NCBI GenBank assembly: GCA_022605425.2
Contig: JAKIMF020000001.1
Location: forward strand, 1,550,001-1,614,000
Direction: 5' to 3'
DNA: 64,000 bases
DNA from: Hamiltosporidium tvaerminnensis FI-OER-3-3
Lineage: Eukaryota > Fungi > Microsporidia
Within the stretch, counting starts at the first letter, position 1. Each line of letters starts with the position of its first letter. The notes beneath the pieces were generated by a model. It was not told where the DNA came from. It was given only the letters and a program-made list of their open reading frames with translations, and searched no databases. The position numbers were made by a program, and so were the translations under genes. Positions 26,701 through 35,667 of the stretch are shown here, one piece after another.

Positions 26701-27598
26701 TATAATAGAACTTGTCGGTAAACTAAAATCTATGGGAGTACACATAATATCTGTTAATAAAGAAATTATTACGATTTCAACAGGAAAATTGGAATTAAGT
26801 GACGCAGAAAATTATTTTGGTTTTTTACAAAATTCAATTTCTAAAATTAGAAATGACAAAACCTGTATTTCTACAGGTTTTTCTTTTGATGGATTGACAT
26901 TTAGATTATTAAGAATACACAAATCAATGATTTATATAAATCCTCAATGTTATTTCTTTCTTTCAACTCAAAATGAAATCTACAGTAACTGTAAACGATT
27001 AAAAATACCATTAAGTTTCTTAAAAATGGTTTTAATCGAAGAAAAAATAGAAAATAATTATTTTTATTCATCAATTATGAATAAAAAAATAAAAAATTCA
27101 GAATTTATAAAAAGTATAAAAATTTGTCTTAAAATAGCCAGTTATTTAAAAGATATTTCAGAATTAAAAAGTAATTCCTTTAAAATGTTAAGAATAAGTG
27201 AATTCGAATATAAAAACAATCTAAACAGAAAATTAAAATATTTAATGTTCGACATTTTATGTAAAAAATGTAACACAGACAATATTTTAAGAATACATTT
27301 ACAAACAGAAGATAATATTTTTTTTGATAATATTTGTACAAAATGTTATTCTGATTTTGATACAGATGAAATAGAAAGAGTCTGTATGGAATATGTTTAT
27401 TATAAAACTGATGAGTATTTGTGTGGAGAAACTTTTTGTTTAAGATGTCACAAATATAATGAAAGAAGACTTAAAGAATTTTGTGTTTGTGGTGATGTTT
27501 TTATTACTAAGGATTATAAAAAAGAATTTAATGTTATAAAAGATTATGTTAAGACTAAGAAAATGAGTGATTTTATTGATCATTTTATGAAATATTAA
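20774..27598 (+). CDS. POL2: DNA polymerase epsilon catalytic subunit
   Basis: 2274 aa. Exonuclease motif AFDIETTK, HLDCYKWVKRDSYLP, motif A YHLDVAAMYPNII, KCILNSFYGY, LELDTDG, CysX cysteines, and C-terminal CysA/CysB clusters. Confidence 0.98.
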   Translation: MQRANENSLEEQFGFLSYHDFEERNGWLLNYVVTQDIDTSSRVKFYFVDAQKQNFSISIPFFPSLILETDEINFLEEYLRKKYEGEIECTEIISRMDINIYNHLSLKPGNYLRIYFKNEIFFSKAVKDLKKIISKNKVLHKHETIYEDFSFFKSESQNMNINCNIKEIYEYDIPYEVVISVELNIKCGSWYEIKYEGEKYIINPLLYEVPPELRIFAFDIETTKQPLKFPNAEIDEVMMISILTSNTGTLIVNRLIVSEDISDFEYSPKEDMKSEFKIYNEMNEEALLLRFYEIIQDYKPHVITTYNGNVFDFPFIFKRSLKYDLNMGDIIGFNQTRENFVCNFIVHLDCYKWVKRDSYLPIGSQGLKSVAKAKLNYFPDEMDPELMMFSAKNEPQKLASYSVSDAVATFYLYLKYVHPFIFSLSTLIPLPPHDVIDKGSGTLCESLLIAECMKNEILVPPKKNSDDMLFYKGFLVETMTYVGGHVECLKAGIYRSDFEYDFVLKTNSINKLIEQLEIILKDFRNEEFYEEVIKKIKYKLTEYIINGNKSNETAENNFNQSNNKNVLVNKIKLREKPLIYHLDVAAMYPNIILTNRLQPYSIVTDENCMRCDFNNKNNLCKREMDWVLRVEYLIANKKEIEMLEFQLENEYFKIEENIKPVIYKNLPQKKKNEILKERIKNYSKKIYNKIYKSNVENKSSRVCQREVSFYVDTVRKFRDQRYFYKKKFQNAKTDLENEKSDEKKEILSKMLVVYESLQIAHKCILNSFYGYVMRKGARWYSMEMAAIVCNTGGSIIKEARNFIEGIGIPLELDTDGIWCLIPESFPDTFLVNKNKKISFLCIVLNYLISQKFTNQQYQEKIITNDCNSELTSDNKSSFINTENFLSSNTILNSDQRKFHIKNKYEIKPYNSIEFEIDVPYKAMVLPSSTEEGKQIKKRYVVINMKDKISELKGFESKRRGELKIIKKFQEELFNLFTKGSNLQECYKILGDCCNYWLGIINTKGKYLSDDDIFELFAESKNMSKRLEKYDGRKTTATCTAKRLGDLLGNEILNESGLKCEYVIARYPEKKPITDRAIPVNLFYSIEEVKNKYLNQWLGIHTPIDIRDLLDWNYYFERLETIMQKIVVIPAFFQNISNPIDQLRIPNWVFKNKKNESLKKLNFICDLEETVKDYSIKKVKHKTLEENINFKNKSQNQEFHNKESHNKESLFNIQKEINCNKNENYLDLLKKGYSFYINSIKNYWKDDFFKKNEERKESNNKTNILGIEVLENGTAILHKSINENYISEKIYPEKKLFINLLVENIEDKNFSMEKGDYYIDDSLFTVPLYCLKLLEKDYILKFKLISNFFDHLCVKSVYEEDRDIIYNIYSEYENEAKYFTSCFVLSFHYYGKDSFIFLTENKIYILSKSEYFLKKGIKNKLYDAFNGFESLDDELKVFELRKEGYDIEKESIINANKNTNEQKNEKPEIENDSEKVGINLKENTNEKPEIENDSEKVGINLKENTNEQKNENNFGITNENENENEQKSEKLEIENENLINFKEDIKEQNSVISNDMKNQGLIAPNLISDQEISEKPCKEINGGENVTTSSKIFFEQNEQETLKEVNYFKKKSETFESIHFKNKFVEIITDLDLKKFITKYFKRKTLFVMNYNDSNRKLLSSLLEKRHLIFKMNLKNNNFLMNSFNSILNCNLELLRLMCLKYRNILEISFYSKIPVLNIPINYKNHSTFSSNSSDFKILDDQINKDNSLELINNLKNNNEEQKIENLKINNEAHILHDEISSEILDFMFYKEAIKNNLLLTNEEYLDLSVLKDEYYNEGYNGSYCYEFECVGTLILSILEAEKFKNEDFFIQSKEFNVFRNFIKNIFKDSVLYGKTGKNSSKSIFNKSNDGLKNDLKLTKDEISNTKVFCDNNNSTKEDNIWCLIKKLQEYFTEPNKDYFYNAPGYLLGKIPIWVKKETKLLSKKFRQNLKILQQKYIIELVGKLKSMGVHIISVNKEIITISTGKLELSDAENYFGFLQNSISKIRNDKTCISTGFSFDGLTFRLLRIHKSMIYINPQCYFFLSTQNEIYSNCKRLKIPLSFLKMVLIEEKIENNYFYSSIMNKKIKNSEFIKSIKICLKIASYLKDISELKSNSFKMLRISEFEYKNNLNRKLKYLMFDILCKKCNTDNILRIHLQTEDNIFFDNICTKCYSDFDTDEIERVCMEYVYYKTDEYLCGETFCLRCHKYNERRLKEFCVCGDVFITKDYKKEFNVIKDYVKTKKMSDFIDHFMKY
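25159..25290 (+). repeat. In-frame 63-nt tandem duplication inside POL2 (NEKPEIENDSEKVGINLKENT x2)
   Basis: Directly visible in both the DNA and the translation. Confidence 0.9.
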
Positions 27599-28105
27599 AT
27601 TTAATTTATCAAATATATTTAATAAAATTCAGTGTTAAAATATTTTTACCATTTTATGAAATATTAAATTTAATTTATCAAATATATTTAATAAAATTCA
27701 GTGTTAAAATATTTTTACCATTTTATGAAATATTAAATTTAATTTATCAAATATATTTAATAAAATTCAGTGTTAAAATATTTTTACCATTTTATGAAAT
27801 ATTAAATTTAATTTATCAAATATATTTAATAAAATTCAGTGTTAAAATATTTTTACCATTTTATGAAATATTAAATTTAATTTATCAAATATCTTTAATA
27901 AAATTCTGTGTTAAAATATTTTTACCATTTTATGAAATATTAAATTTAATTTATCAAATATCTTTAATAAAATTCTGTGTTAAAATATTTTTACCATTTT
28001 TATATGTTTTCTTTTTAATTTATCAAATATCTTTAATAAAATTCTCGGGTTAAAATATTTTTACCATTTTATGAAATATTAAATTTAATTTATCAAATAT
28101 CTATA
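27581..28105. repeat. Minisatellite, 69-bp unit x ~7.5, overlapping the POL2 stop codon
   Basis: Unit cattttatgaaatattaaatttaatttatcaaatatatttaataaaattcagtgttaaaatatttttac starts at 27581, 27650, 27719, 27788, 27857 and 27926, followed by degenerate copies. Confidence 0.95.
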
Positions 28106-28755
28106 TTTTACTTTAAATTTTAAGGTAAAAATTGATAAAAAAGTGAAACCATTTTTATTTTTTTTTTTGATTATAGAATCCCTTTAATTTTTTGTATTTT
28201 TATTTATTTCAAAATATTATTCGTACTTATTTCTTTGATAATAAAAATGCTCTGATGGAATAAATAAAGGAATTTGTAAAATTCAATTTTTAAGAAAGAA
28301 ATTGAATCTTTATAAAAAGAAATGAAATATTTCAAAGTAGGTTAAATGATTGTAAATATTTTAAATTGGAATTATAATTTTTATATTTCTGATTTTTATT
28401 TAAATTTTATTCAATTTTAAAAAATAATTTAAAGTTTAGATATTTTTTTAATGTTTACCTCAACAAACATAAGAAAAGAGACGGATTTAGAAGAAAAAGA
28501 CAAATTGGTTTAAAAAACATTTAAAAAGGTAAAAATATATTGAACCCCTGTATTTATTTAAATTAAATACTTTATATTATATACGGTTGACTCAAGGTAT
28601 AAAAAATATTTTCTTAAATTTAATGATACTTTGATTAGATTTAACATTTGAACTAAAATACAATTTATGGTTTTAAAGTTAATTTTTATTTATTAAAACC
28701 AAAAGAAAGAATTAAAAAAACTTTTTTAATGACAAATTTAAGGTAAAATTTTGTT

Positions 28756-29742
28756 TTAAGAAACTTTTCCTTTTTTCATTTTGGTTTTAATTTCAAGACC
28801 TTCGACCAATACTTTTTGATCTTTAAACATCAAAAAATTGTCTTCAATTTTTAATTTTCCCATTAATTCAGAAAAAACAGTACTTTTTCCTTCATGAATC
28901 ATGGAATCAAAGTAATGTACCACTGGTACCTTGTCTGTTGTAAGTGTTGCTCTATTACCTGTGTATACTTCAGAAGGTACCTCTAAAGGTTCTGGTGTAC
29001 CATTTTCATCGATACCGCACATAATCATTGCTTGCGATACGACACCACGTAACTTGGATTCTTTCAAATTCGTAATAAATAAAAATTTTTTATTTAGCAA
29101 TTCTTCTTTCTCAACTCTTCCTCTCAATCCACTAACTACTGTAATTTCTTTTCCCATATCAACTGTCTCAACATACAATTTGTCTGCATTTGGATGATCA
29201 CTAATACTTTTAATTAACCCTACATGTATTTCCAAAAGATAAAATCCTTTTTCTTCAATTATTTCAATATCTTTCTTAGTACTTATCTCGTTCTGAAAAC
29301 AATTAAACCAATTAAAAATTTCTGGTTTTAATGTTTTACCTTCTAATACTCTTCGATACAACCTTGAAAACAACACCAAATCACAAAAAGATAATGATCT
29401 ACCATTAAAATAACAAGGAATATTTATATTAGAAGGAATATCAGGAATAAATTTTTCATCAGGTCCTTTGTTCTCCAAAAGAGTTTCAATAACATCGGCA
29501 GGATTCTTAGATCGTATTAACTCAAGATGACCAAACGTACTTTCATTTATAATTTCAAGATCGTGAGGATCACAATGGCATAAATCGATTATACGATCAA
29601 TTACTTTTTTCAAACCTTGATATCGATCATTCTCTATAGTTATTGCAATTTCAGTAGGTAAAAATGCAAAATCAATTGGTAAATTCATAAAATCTATGGC
29701 AAATATTACATCATCGTATTCTGGAGAATATTCAACTAACAT
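28756..29742 (-). CDS. ARC1: Arc1p-like tRNA-binding (EMAP-II/OB-fold) aminoacyl-tRNA synthetase cofactor
   Basis: C-terminal IHVGLIKSISDHPNADKLYVETVDMG...VVSGL...NLKESKLRGVVSQAMIMC. GST-C-like N-terminal segment (LSFCDLVLF...IFNWFN). CCC directly before the ATG. Confidence 0.75.
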   Translation of the reverse strand: MLVEYSPEYDDVIFAIDFMNLPIDFAFLPTEIAITIENDRYQGLKKVIDRIIDLCHCDPHDLEIINESTFGHLELIRSKNPADVIETLLENKGPDEKFIPDIPSNINIPCYFNGRSLSFCDLVLFSRLYRRVLEGKTLKPEIFNWFNCFQNEISTKKDIEIIEEKGFYLLEIHVGLIKSISDHPNADKLYVETVDMGKEITVVSGLRGRVEKEELLNKKFLFITNLKESKLRGVVSQAMIMCGIDENGTPEPLEVPSEVYTGNRATLTTDKVPVVHYFDSMIHEGKSTVFSELMGKLKIEDNFLMFKDQKVLVEGLEIKTKMKKGKVS

Positions 29743-31121
29743 GGGTCAAAAGTAAATATTTTTTTTTTATAATTCAATATAAAACAAAAGTTTCGTTTAA
29801 AAATTAAAACAAGGTTTTAAAATAAAAATTGTTTGGATTTTTAATTTTTATAAGAATATAGGTTTATATGCTTGTTTGTTTTATATTTATTAAAATTAAA
29901 CAAAAATTCTTTGATTTCTAACATTTGGTAGTTTAATTGGATTTTGTAACGGTTTTTTTTAAAAGAACAATTTTTTTTTCTAAGAAATAAGATTTATTAA
30001 ATATTAACTAAGTTAAAGAAGTAAATAAATAGGATGAAGCATTTATTTAAAAAAATTCTCTTTATTTCATTCAAAAAAGTTGTATAAAAAAATTAGAATT
30101 ATATTTTTATCAAAGATAAAGTCGAAATACTCTTTAAAAATACAAGTCAAATGAGAAAAATTATAAGAAAACAAATATTATTAAACTTAAAACTCTACAG
30201 ATTTACGAATATTTATTTTAATATTCAATTTATATAGAATTATTATTTTTTTTCTTTAAAAATTTGTATTACAATTTATCTATTTTAATGGTAAATATAT
30301 CTGTGTAAATCTAAAGTTAAAACTTAAGAATATAAATAAAAAATTGTGCAATGCTAACCATAGAAAGCGATGCATGTTTTTTTTCTTGTAATTAGATTGT
30401 GCTTTCAAAATAAATCTTTAAGTTTGTGTAGTATAGTATTACAAAGAATAGAAGAATATAATTAAAATACACTACTCTGTAATAGAATGAGTAAACCATG
30501 AGTTTTTGTAAAATACAATAAAATCTTGCTTGTACCGAAATATCTTAGTTTACGAGAGCAGTGGGTTCTCAAAGTAAGATTATATATTAAAAACTAAAAT
30601 ATTTTCTAAATACAGAAGTTCATAGAATATTTTAAATTTAAATGTTTTTATTCATAAAAAATGCTAAACACACTTCTTTTTTACTTTTTTAAGTTTAAAA
30701 TATCTCTTTAATCATTTTATTAAAATTTTCTTTTTAAAAATACTACTTAGGTTTCTTAATCTTATTCGTTATAGTTATTAATTATGTTATATCAAAAAAT
30801 ACATATCTTTATCTTTATTTTTGTATTTGAAAATCCAGAATAAATTTTTATAAAGCAATTTTCTTAAATCTATGGCTTTTAAGTAATAATATTATACTTC
30901 ACTGCTATTAATTTATATTATTATCTTATAAAAGTGTGAAAATAATATGTATTTGAATAATATTGACAAATTATTATGAAATTTAAGTTTTTTTAAATAA
31001 ATGTTAAGATCCCAAGAAAAAAGGCTAATTAAGAAATTTAAGGTTTAGTAGAAAAAAAAATTTAAATTCTACCAAATCAAATAATATTTATATTTGCTAA
31101 AAAGATGTTAAGTAATATTTT

Positions 31122-31372
31122 AAATGATTAATTTCATTGTCGAAAGCGAGTATTTTAGAATTTAATGATTAAAAAAAGTCTTGAAATGGTTAATTTCATT
31201 GTAGAATGCGAGTATTTTAAAATTTAATGATTAAAAAAAGTCTTAAAATGGTTAATTCCATTGTCGAATGCAAATATTATAAAATTTAATGATTAAAAAA
31301 AGTCTTAAAATGGTTAATTCCATTGTCGAATGCAAATATTATAAAATTTAATGATTAAAAAGTCTTTAAATG
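31122..31372. repeat. Minisatellite, ~62-bp unit x ~4
   Basis: Repeats of aatggttaattYcattgtcgaatgcRaRtatt...aaaatttaatgattaaaaaaagtctt. Confidence 0.9.
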
Positions 31373-32796
31373 TTATTAAATTATATTTTCAGTAAATATT
31401 TGCTATATTTAAACAGTTTTTCTACCTATAAGAATGTTCTTTTATAGAATTTTTTGTAAAATTATTCAAAAATTTGATTTATAAAAAATACTAATATGTT
31501 TGTAACTTTTAAGAAAGAGATAAGAGAAGTCTTAATTGCGAAAAAAAAACTAAATTATTTGATACTTTTCATAATTTGATTTTTCTAGATCGTTTTTATA
31601 CTGTTTCGTATTGTTTTTAATAATAGATGAGATTTGAAAATTAAATCTAAAAATCAATTCTGAATAGTTCACTGAAAATTATACACCTAAACACAATGAA
31701 AAATGTATACAAAATGTTTTCTTTAATAGAAATAGATGAATATATACTTTAGATTTTTTTTTATCCTAAGAAATCAAATAATGTTTAACTATATAAGAAT
31801 AATGGTAAAATTTCGAGTTTTTGAGATAAATCTGAACAAATTTTTTCAAAAATTTCTCCCAAATAACGAATTTGTTTCAAACACATGAAAACCTTACTAA
31901 AAAAAGAAAGTATAGGACAAAACTTTTTATAACACTTAAGTTTGAAGTTGTGATTTAGAGATTATTAAATTTTTATATTCCTTAACAAGAAAATTAACTA
32001 TATAAGATAGATATTTGATTTTCTTTTTTTGGGTTTTCTGCAGTATAAAATAATTTGGCTATGAAAAGACAAAAGCTACATACATTTTCTTGAATTGTTC
32101 ATGTGTATAATAAAATGATATAATTTAACGGTATAATCGGTTTCTGCTCTTTTATATGCTATGATTTCTTTTGTAATAAAATCATTATTTTTGCACTGAT
32201 AGACAGCCAAATATACATACATTTAAAAAATCGAGTTTTATTTCTATAACTATATATTTTTAAGATGATACTCTTTCCAAATTCTTAAATGAACATATAT
32301 GATGATTTTTAGCTCATGTTTTTATCATTTATTGATCGTTGATGATAATTTTTTATAAAATTTGGCTATATGACATCTGATTATTTGAAATCATCATGTA
32401 TTAGGGAAAAGTTTTTGATTGGTTAAAAACGATGCTAACGACTTTTTACATGAAAGGTAGAATAAATTTTTACAAATATTTTTCATATCAATTGAGATAA
32501 ATACCTTTATTCAATTTTACAACCTCAATTTTATTTTCAGAAGGATTTATATATTTAGAATTCGCCAGTACAAGCCGAATATAAACCTAAACATGACATT
32601 TTAACAACATGAAATGAAGATTCGGATTAAAATGAAATTTGAAAGAGCTTTGCCCAACTTTTCTATAATTGTGATACTTTTTGATTTTATACTAGCTTAA
32701 AATATCAAGCCTTTATGTAAATATGTTTCTGGGATTTAGAAGGAAAATATTACAAAATCAAATTGTAAATTGTCTTATACTTTATTCGCCTAATTT

Positions 32797-33522
32797 TATT
32801 TTAAAATATCACATCTTTTTAAAACAGTGGCATAATTTATGTTTGTTTTTATGGTATTAACGCTGTTCTAGGTTTTACATTTTACTGCTTCCCAACACAC
32901 CATAAGTATCCCTTAAAAATTCTCATCCCAAAGCTTTTAATATAAACGAGGTATAGAACCTATTTAATAGGCGAGGCAGTTGCCTGGAGTTTGTCTATTT
33001 CCGTTGCATGAAGTGCGATCGAAGACCGAAGCTCACCATAGGCTTTCTCAAGACTATGCTGCGTTCCACTTACTCTACACTTCTCAAACCTAATAAACTC
33101 CCACATAAGATACATCTCAGCGACTTTAATGAGGTCTACATAGATAGGAAATACCATAGTAACAAGTATAACCAGCATCTTAGCTTTGCCAGCTTTAAAT
33201 CGGTTGAATATTTTATCACCCCGGGCGCTAGGTCTTCTGCCGCGAGTGAGAAAAGCTATGTTTCTATGTTTTTAACTAGAAATTACCTACCTGTTTATTG
33301 CTGTCTTGGATTTAGTTAGATAAAAAAACTACAAAATATATTTATAGAAAAAGTTTCGCCATTTCATAGAGATTTTCTTCCTCATAACAATTACTATTAC
33401 CATTAACAAAGGAAAATATTGTGTTTTATGCCCACTAAAAATCCAAAAAATGATTTTCTACTTCAACTTATCCTATTTATTGCCGAGTCACGTTTTTATT
33501 TTGGGTATCCGTTCTCCACACT
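32797..33522 (-). repeat. Copy 3 (inverted) of the ~700-nt structured element
   Basis: The reverse complement aligns end to end with the other copies: atatcacatcttttt, gttctaggttt, aggcgaggcagttgcctgg, gcgctaggtcttct, taaaaatccaaa, tgggtatcc. Confidence 0.9.
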
Positions 33523-34683
33523 CGTTTTTACTCATCATTAAATTATAATATCAGTCTCTAGTTTTATATCCAAAATTTGGAATCATTTAATAACATTTTG
33601 TTATCTTTTCTATCCAGATATATACTTTAAACAAATGAGTTAAAATCTAAGTTAGTCTACTAAACTTAAATCAGTTTGTTGGTGATGAATCTAGCAATAT
33701 CAAAAAGATTGCAGGAATAAGCGGATACGCTTGTTCTCAAAATATAATGTTTCGGAAAACAACTAAAATATTTGGCAATTCCAAGTCTCTTTTAAGGCAG
33801 AAGATTTTTAATTTATATAAAAAAATCTTTTTTACATTGCATTTTTCTTGCAAATATATTTGATTATCTCATTTTCTTGTGTTTTTATGGTCTGATTTGT
33901 GTGTTCTATACGGCATAGTAATAAATATCTTTATGTCAATTTCAATTATAGTCAGTAATGGTTTCAATTAGTGTTATGGGTATAATTATATAAATATGCG
34001 CTTCTTTTATGTAATTTAAGCTTTTGATGCTATATAGAATATATTCCTGTTCAAAATAAAAAAAAAAATTGATATTTCAAACAGTATTTTATGATATAGT
34101 ACACTGTTTATTTTCCGGTTTTTCTAAGATTAAATAGTTTAAGCCGAATGAGTCTTGATCAACTTTCAATTGATTCAAGCAATTTAAACTTGATGTAATT
34201 ACCTATGTTTGCTTCTAATAATCAATCCTTTAAAGTTTAATCTATTTGTTAGACTTTAAAAATAACCTGGTCTTCTTAGATATTATATCATGAAAATATA
34301 ATTAGTATCATCAGCATAGATTTCCTTATAATGATAGTTTTAATTACATTTTATCAAAAAATAGACTTTATAAAATAAAGATTAGTATTTTATGTTTTTT
34401 TCCGGACGGAAATTTTTATAGTTTTAAAGTTGAAAGAAATAGTGGAAATTTTTAAGTGAGAAATTCGAAGTTGGTTTTTGATCAATCATTTGCACTTCAA
34501 TTTCATTTAGTATTATTGAAGAGATTTCTACGTATTTGTAAATAAAATTTTGCTTCGGTTTTTTTTTCATATTCCCTTGTTTAATGTTTTTATAGAGAAC
34601 TAAAACTAAACTCAATGGATAAAACATGATCAAGCGAAAAAATCTTATAGCGTAAAAAAATTTGTGTTAAAATTTCGGCATTT

Positions 34684-35068
34684 TTAGAGCAGATTATTAC
34701 AAATAGAATAGTAATTAATTATCATATTATATATCAGTATATCGTATTTATAACTCATTAGAGTAGATTATTACAAATAGAATAGTAATTAATTATCATA
34801 TTATATATCAGTATATCGTATTTATAACTTATTAGAGCAGATTATTACAAATAGAATAGTAATTAATTATCATATTATATATCAGTATATCGTATTTATA
34901 ACTCATTAGAGTAGATTATTACAAATAGAATAGTAATTAATTATCATATTATATATCAGTATATCGTATTTATAACTTATTAGAGCAGATTATTACAAAT
35001 AGAATAGTAATTAATTATCATATTATATATCAGTATATCGTATTTATAACTCATTAGAGTAGATTACT
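34684..35068. repeat. Minisatellite, 74-bp unit x 5.2, with alternating variants (148-bp higher-order repeat)
   Basis: Units start at 34684, 34758, 34832, 34906, 34980 and 35054. They alternate ttagagCag...aactCa and ttagagTag...aactTa. Confidence 0.95.
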
Positions 35069-35667
35069 GCAATAAATATGAATTTTTTTAACACAAAAAC
35101 TCTTTTCATTCTATCGATAGATCATGCCATCAAATATAAAGATAAGATTAACAGTTTGTTCTACAATAAAAAGCCGTATGGTTTGTGCATATTTATTCGC
35201 TTATTTTTTAATAAAAATTTCTGTGTATTTTATCGCATTTTAAAACAATAATTTCATTGCTCTAATTTATAGACATCGTAAAAAACTTGAATCTTCATCA
35301 AATATATTGATATGATGTTATAACATTTGTCTTCAAAATTTCTAATTTTTTTTATAAAACAAACTTATGTTTATTATTGTTTCAATACGACTATCTCAAT
35401 TTGAATTTTAAAATTATTGAGTGGGATTTTAAAACACTTTTTCCAAAATATACTTACTTCATATAGTATTCAATATTACAGGCATATAAATTTAATTTAG
35501 ATTCGAATATTTGTCAGCTATTAATTAAATTATTTTCAAAAAAAAATTATTAATGATAAAATGTTTTTAATATGAAAAATAGATTTAATATACCGGATAA
35601 AACCAATAATTTTCTAAAGCATAAAAGATTATTTTAGCTTCAAGTCACTTAGAGAATGTAATTGTTT

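Noticed and set aside
33008-33319. Short ORFs inside the 700-nt repeat (1878-2103, 2476-2658, 32960-33319, 42742-43207) as genes
   Set aside because: Frames, starts and stops are not conserved between copies, indels are not multiples of three, and no motif is recognisable.
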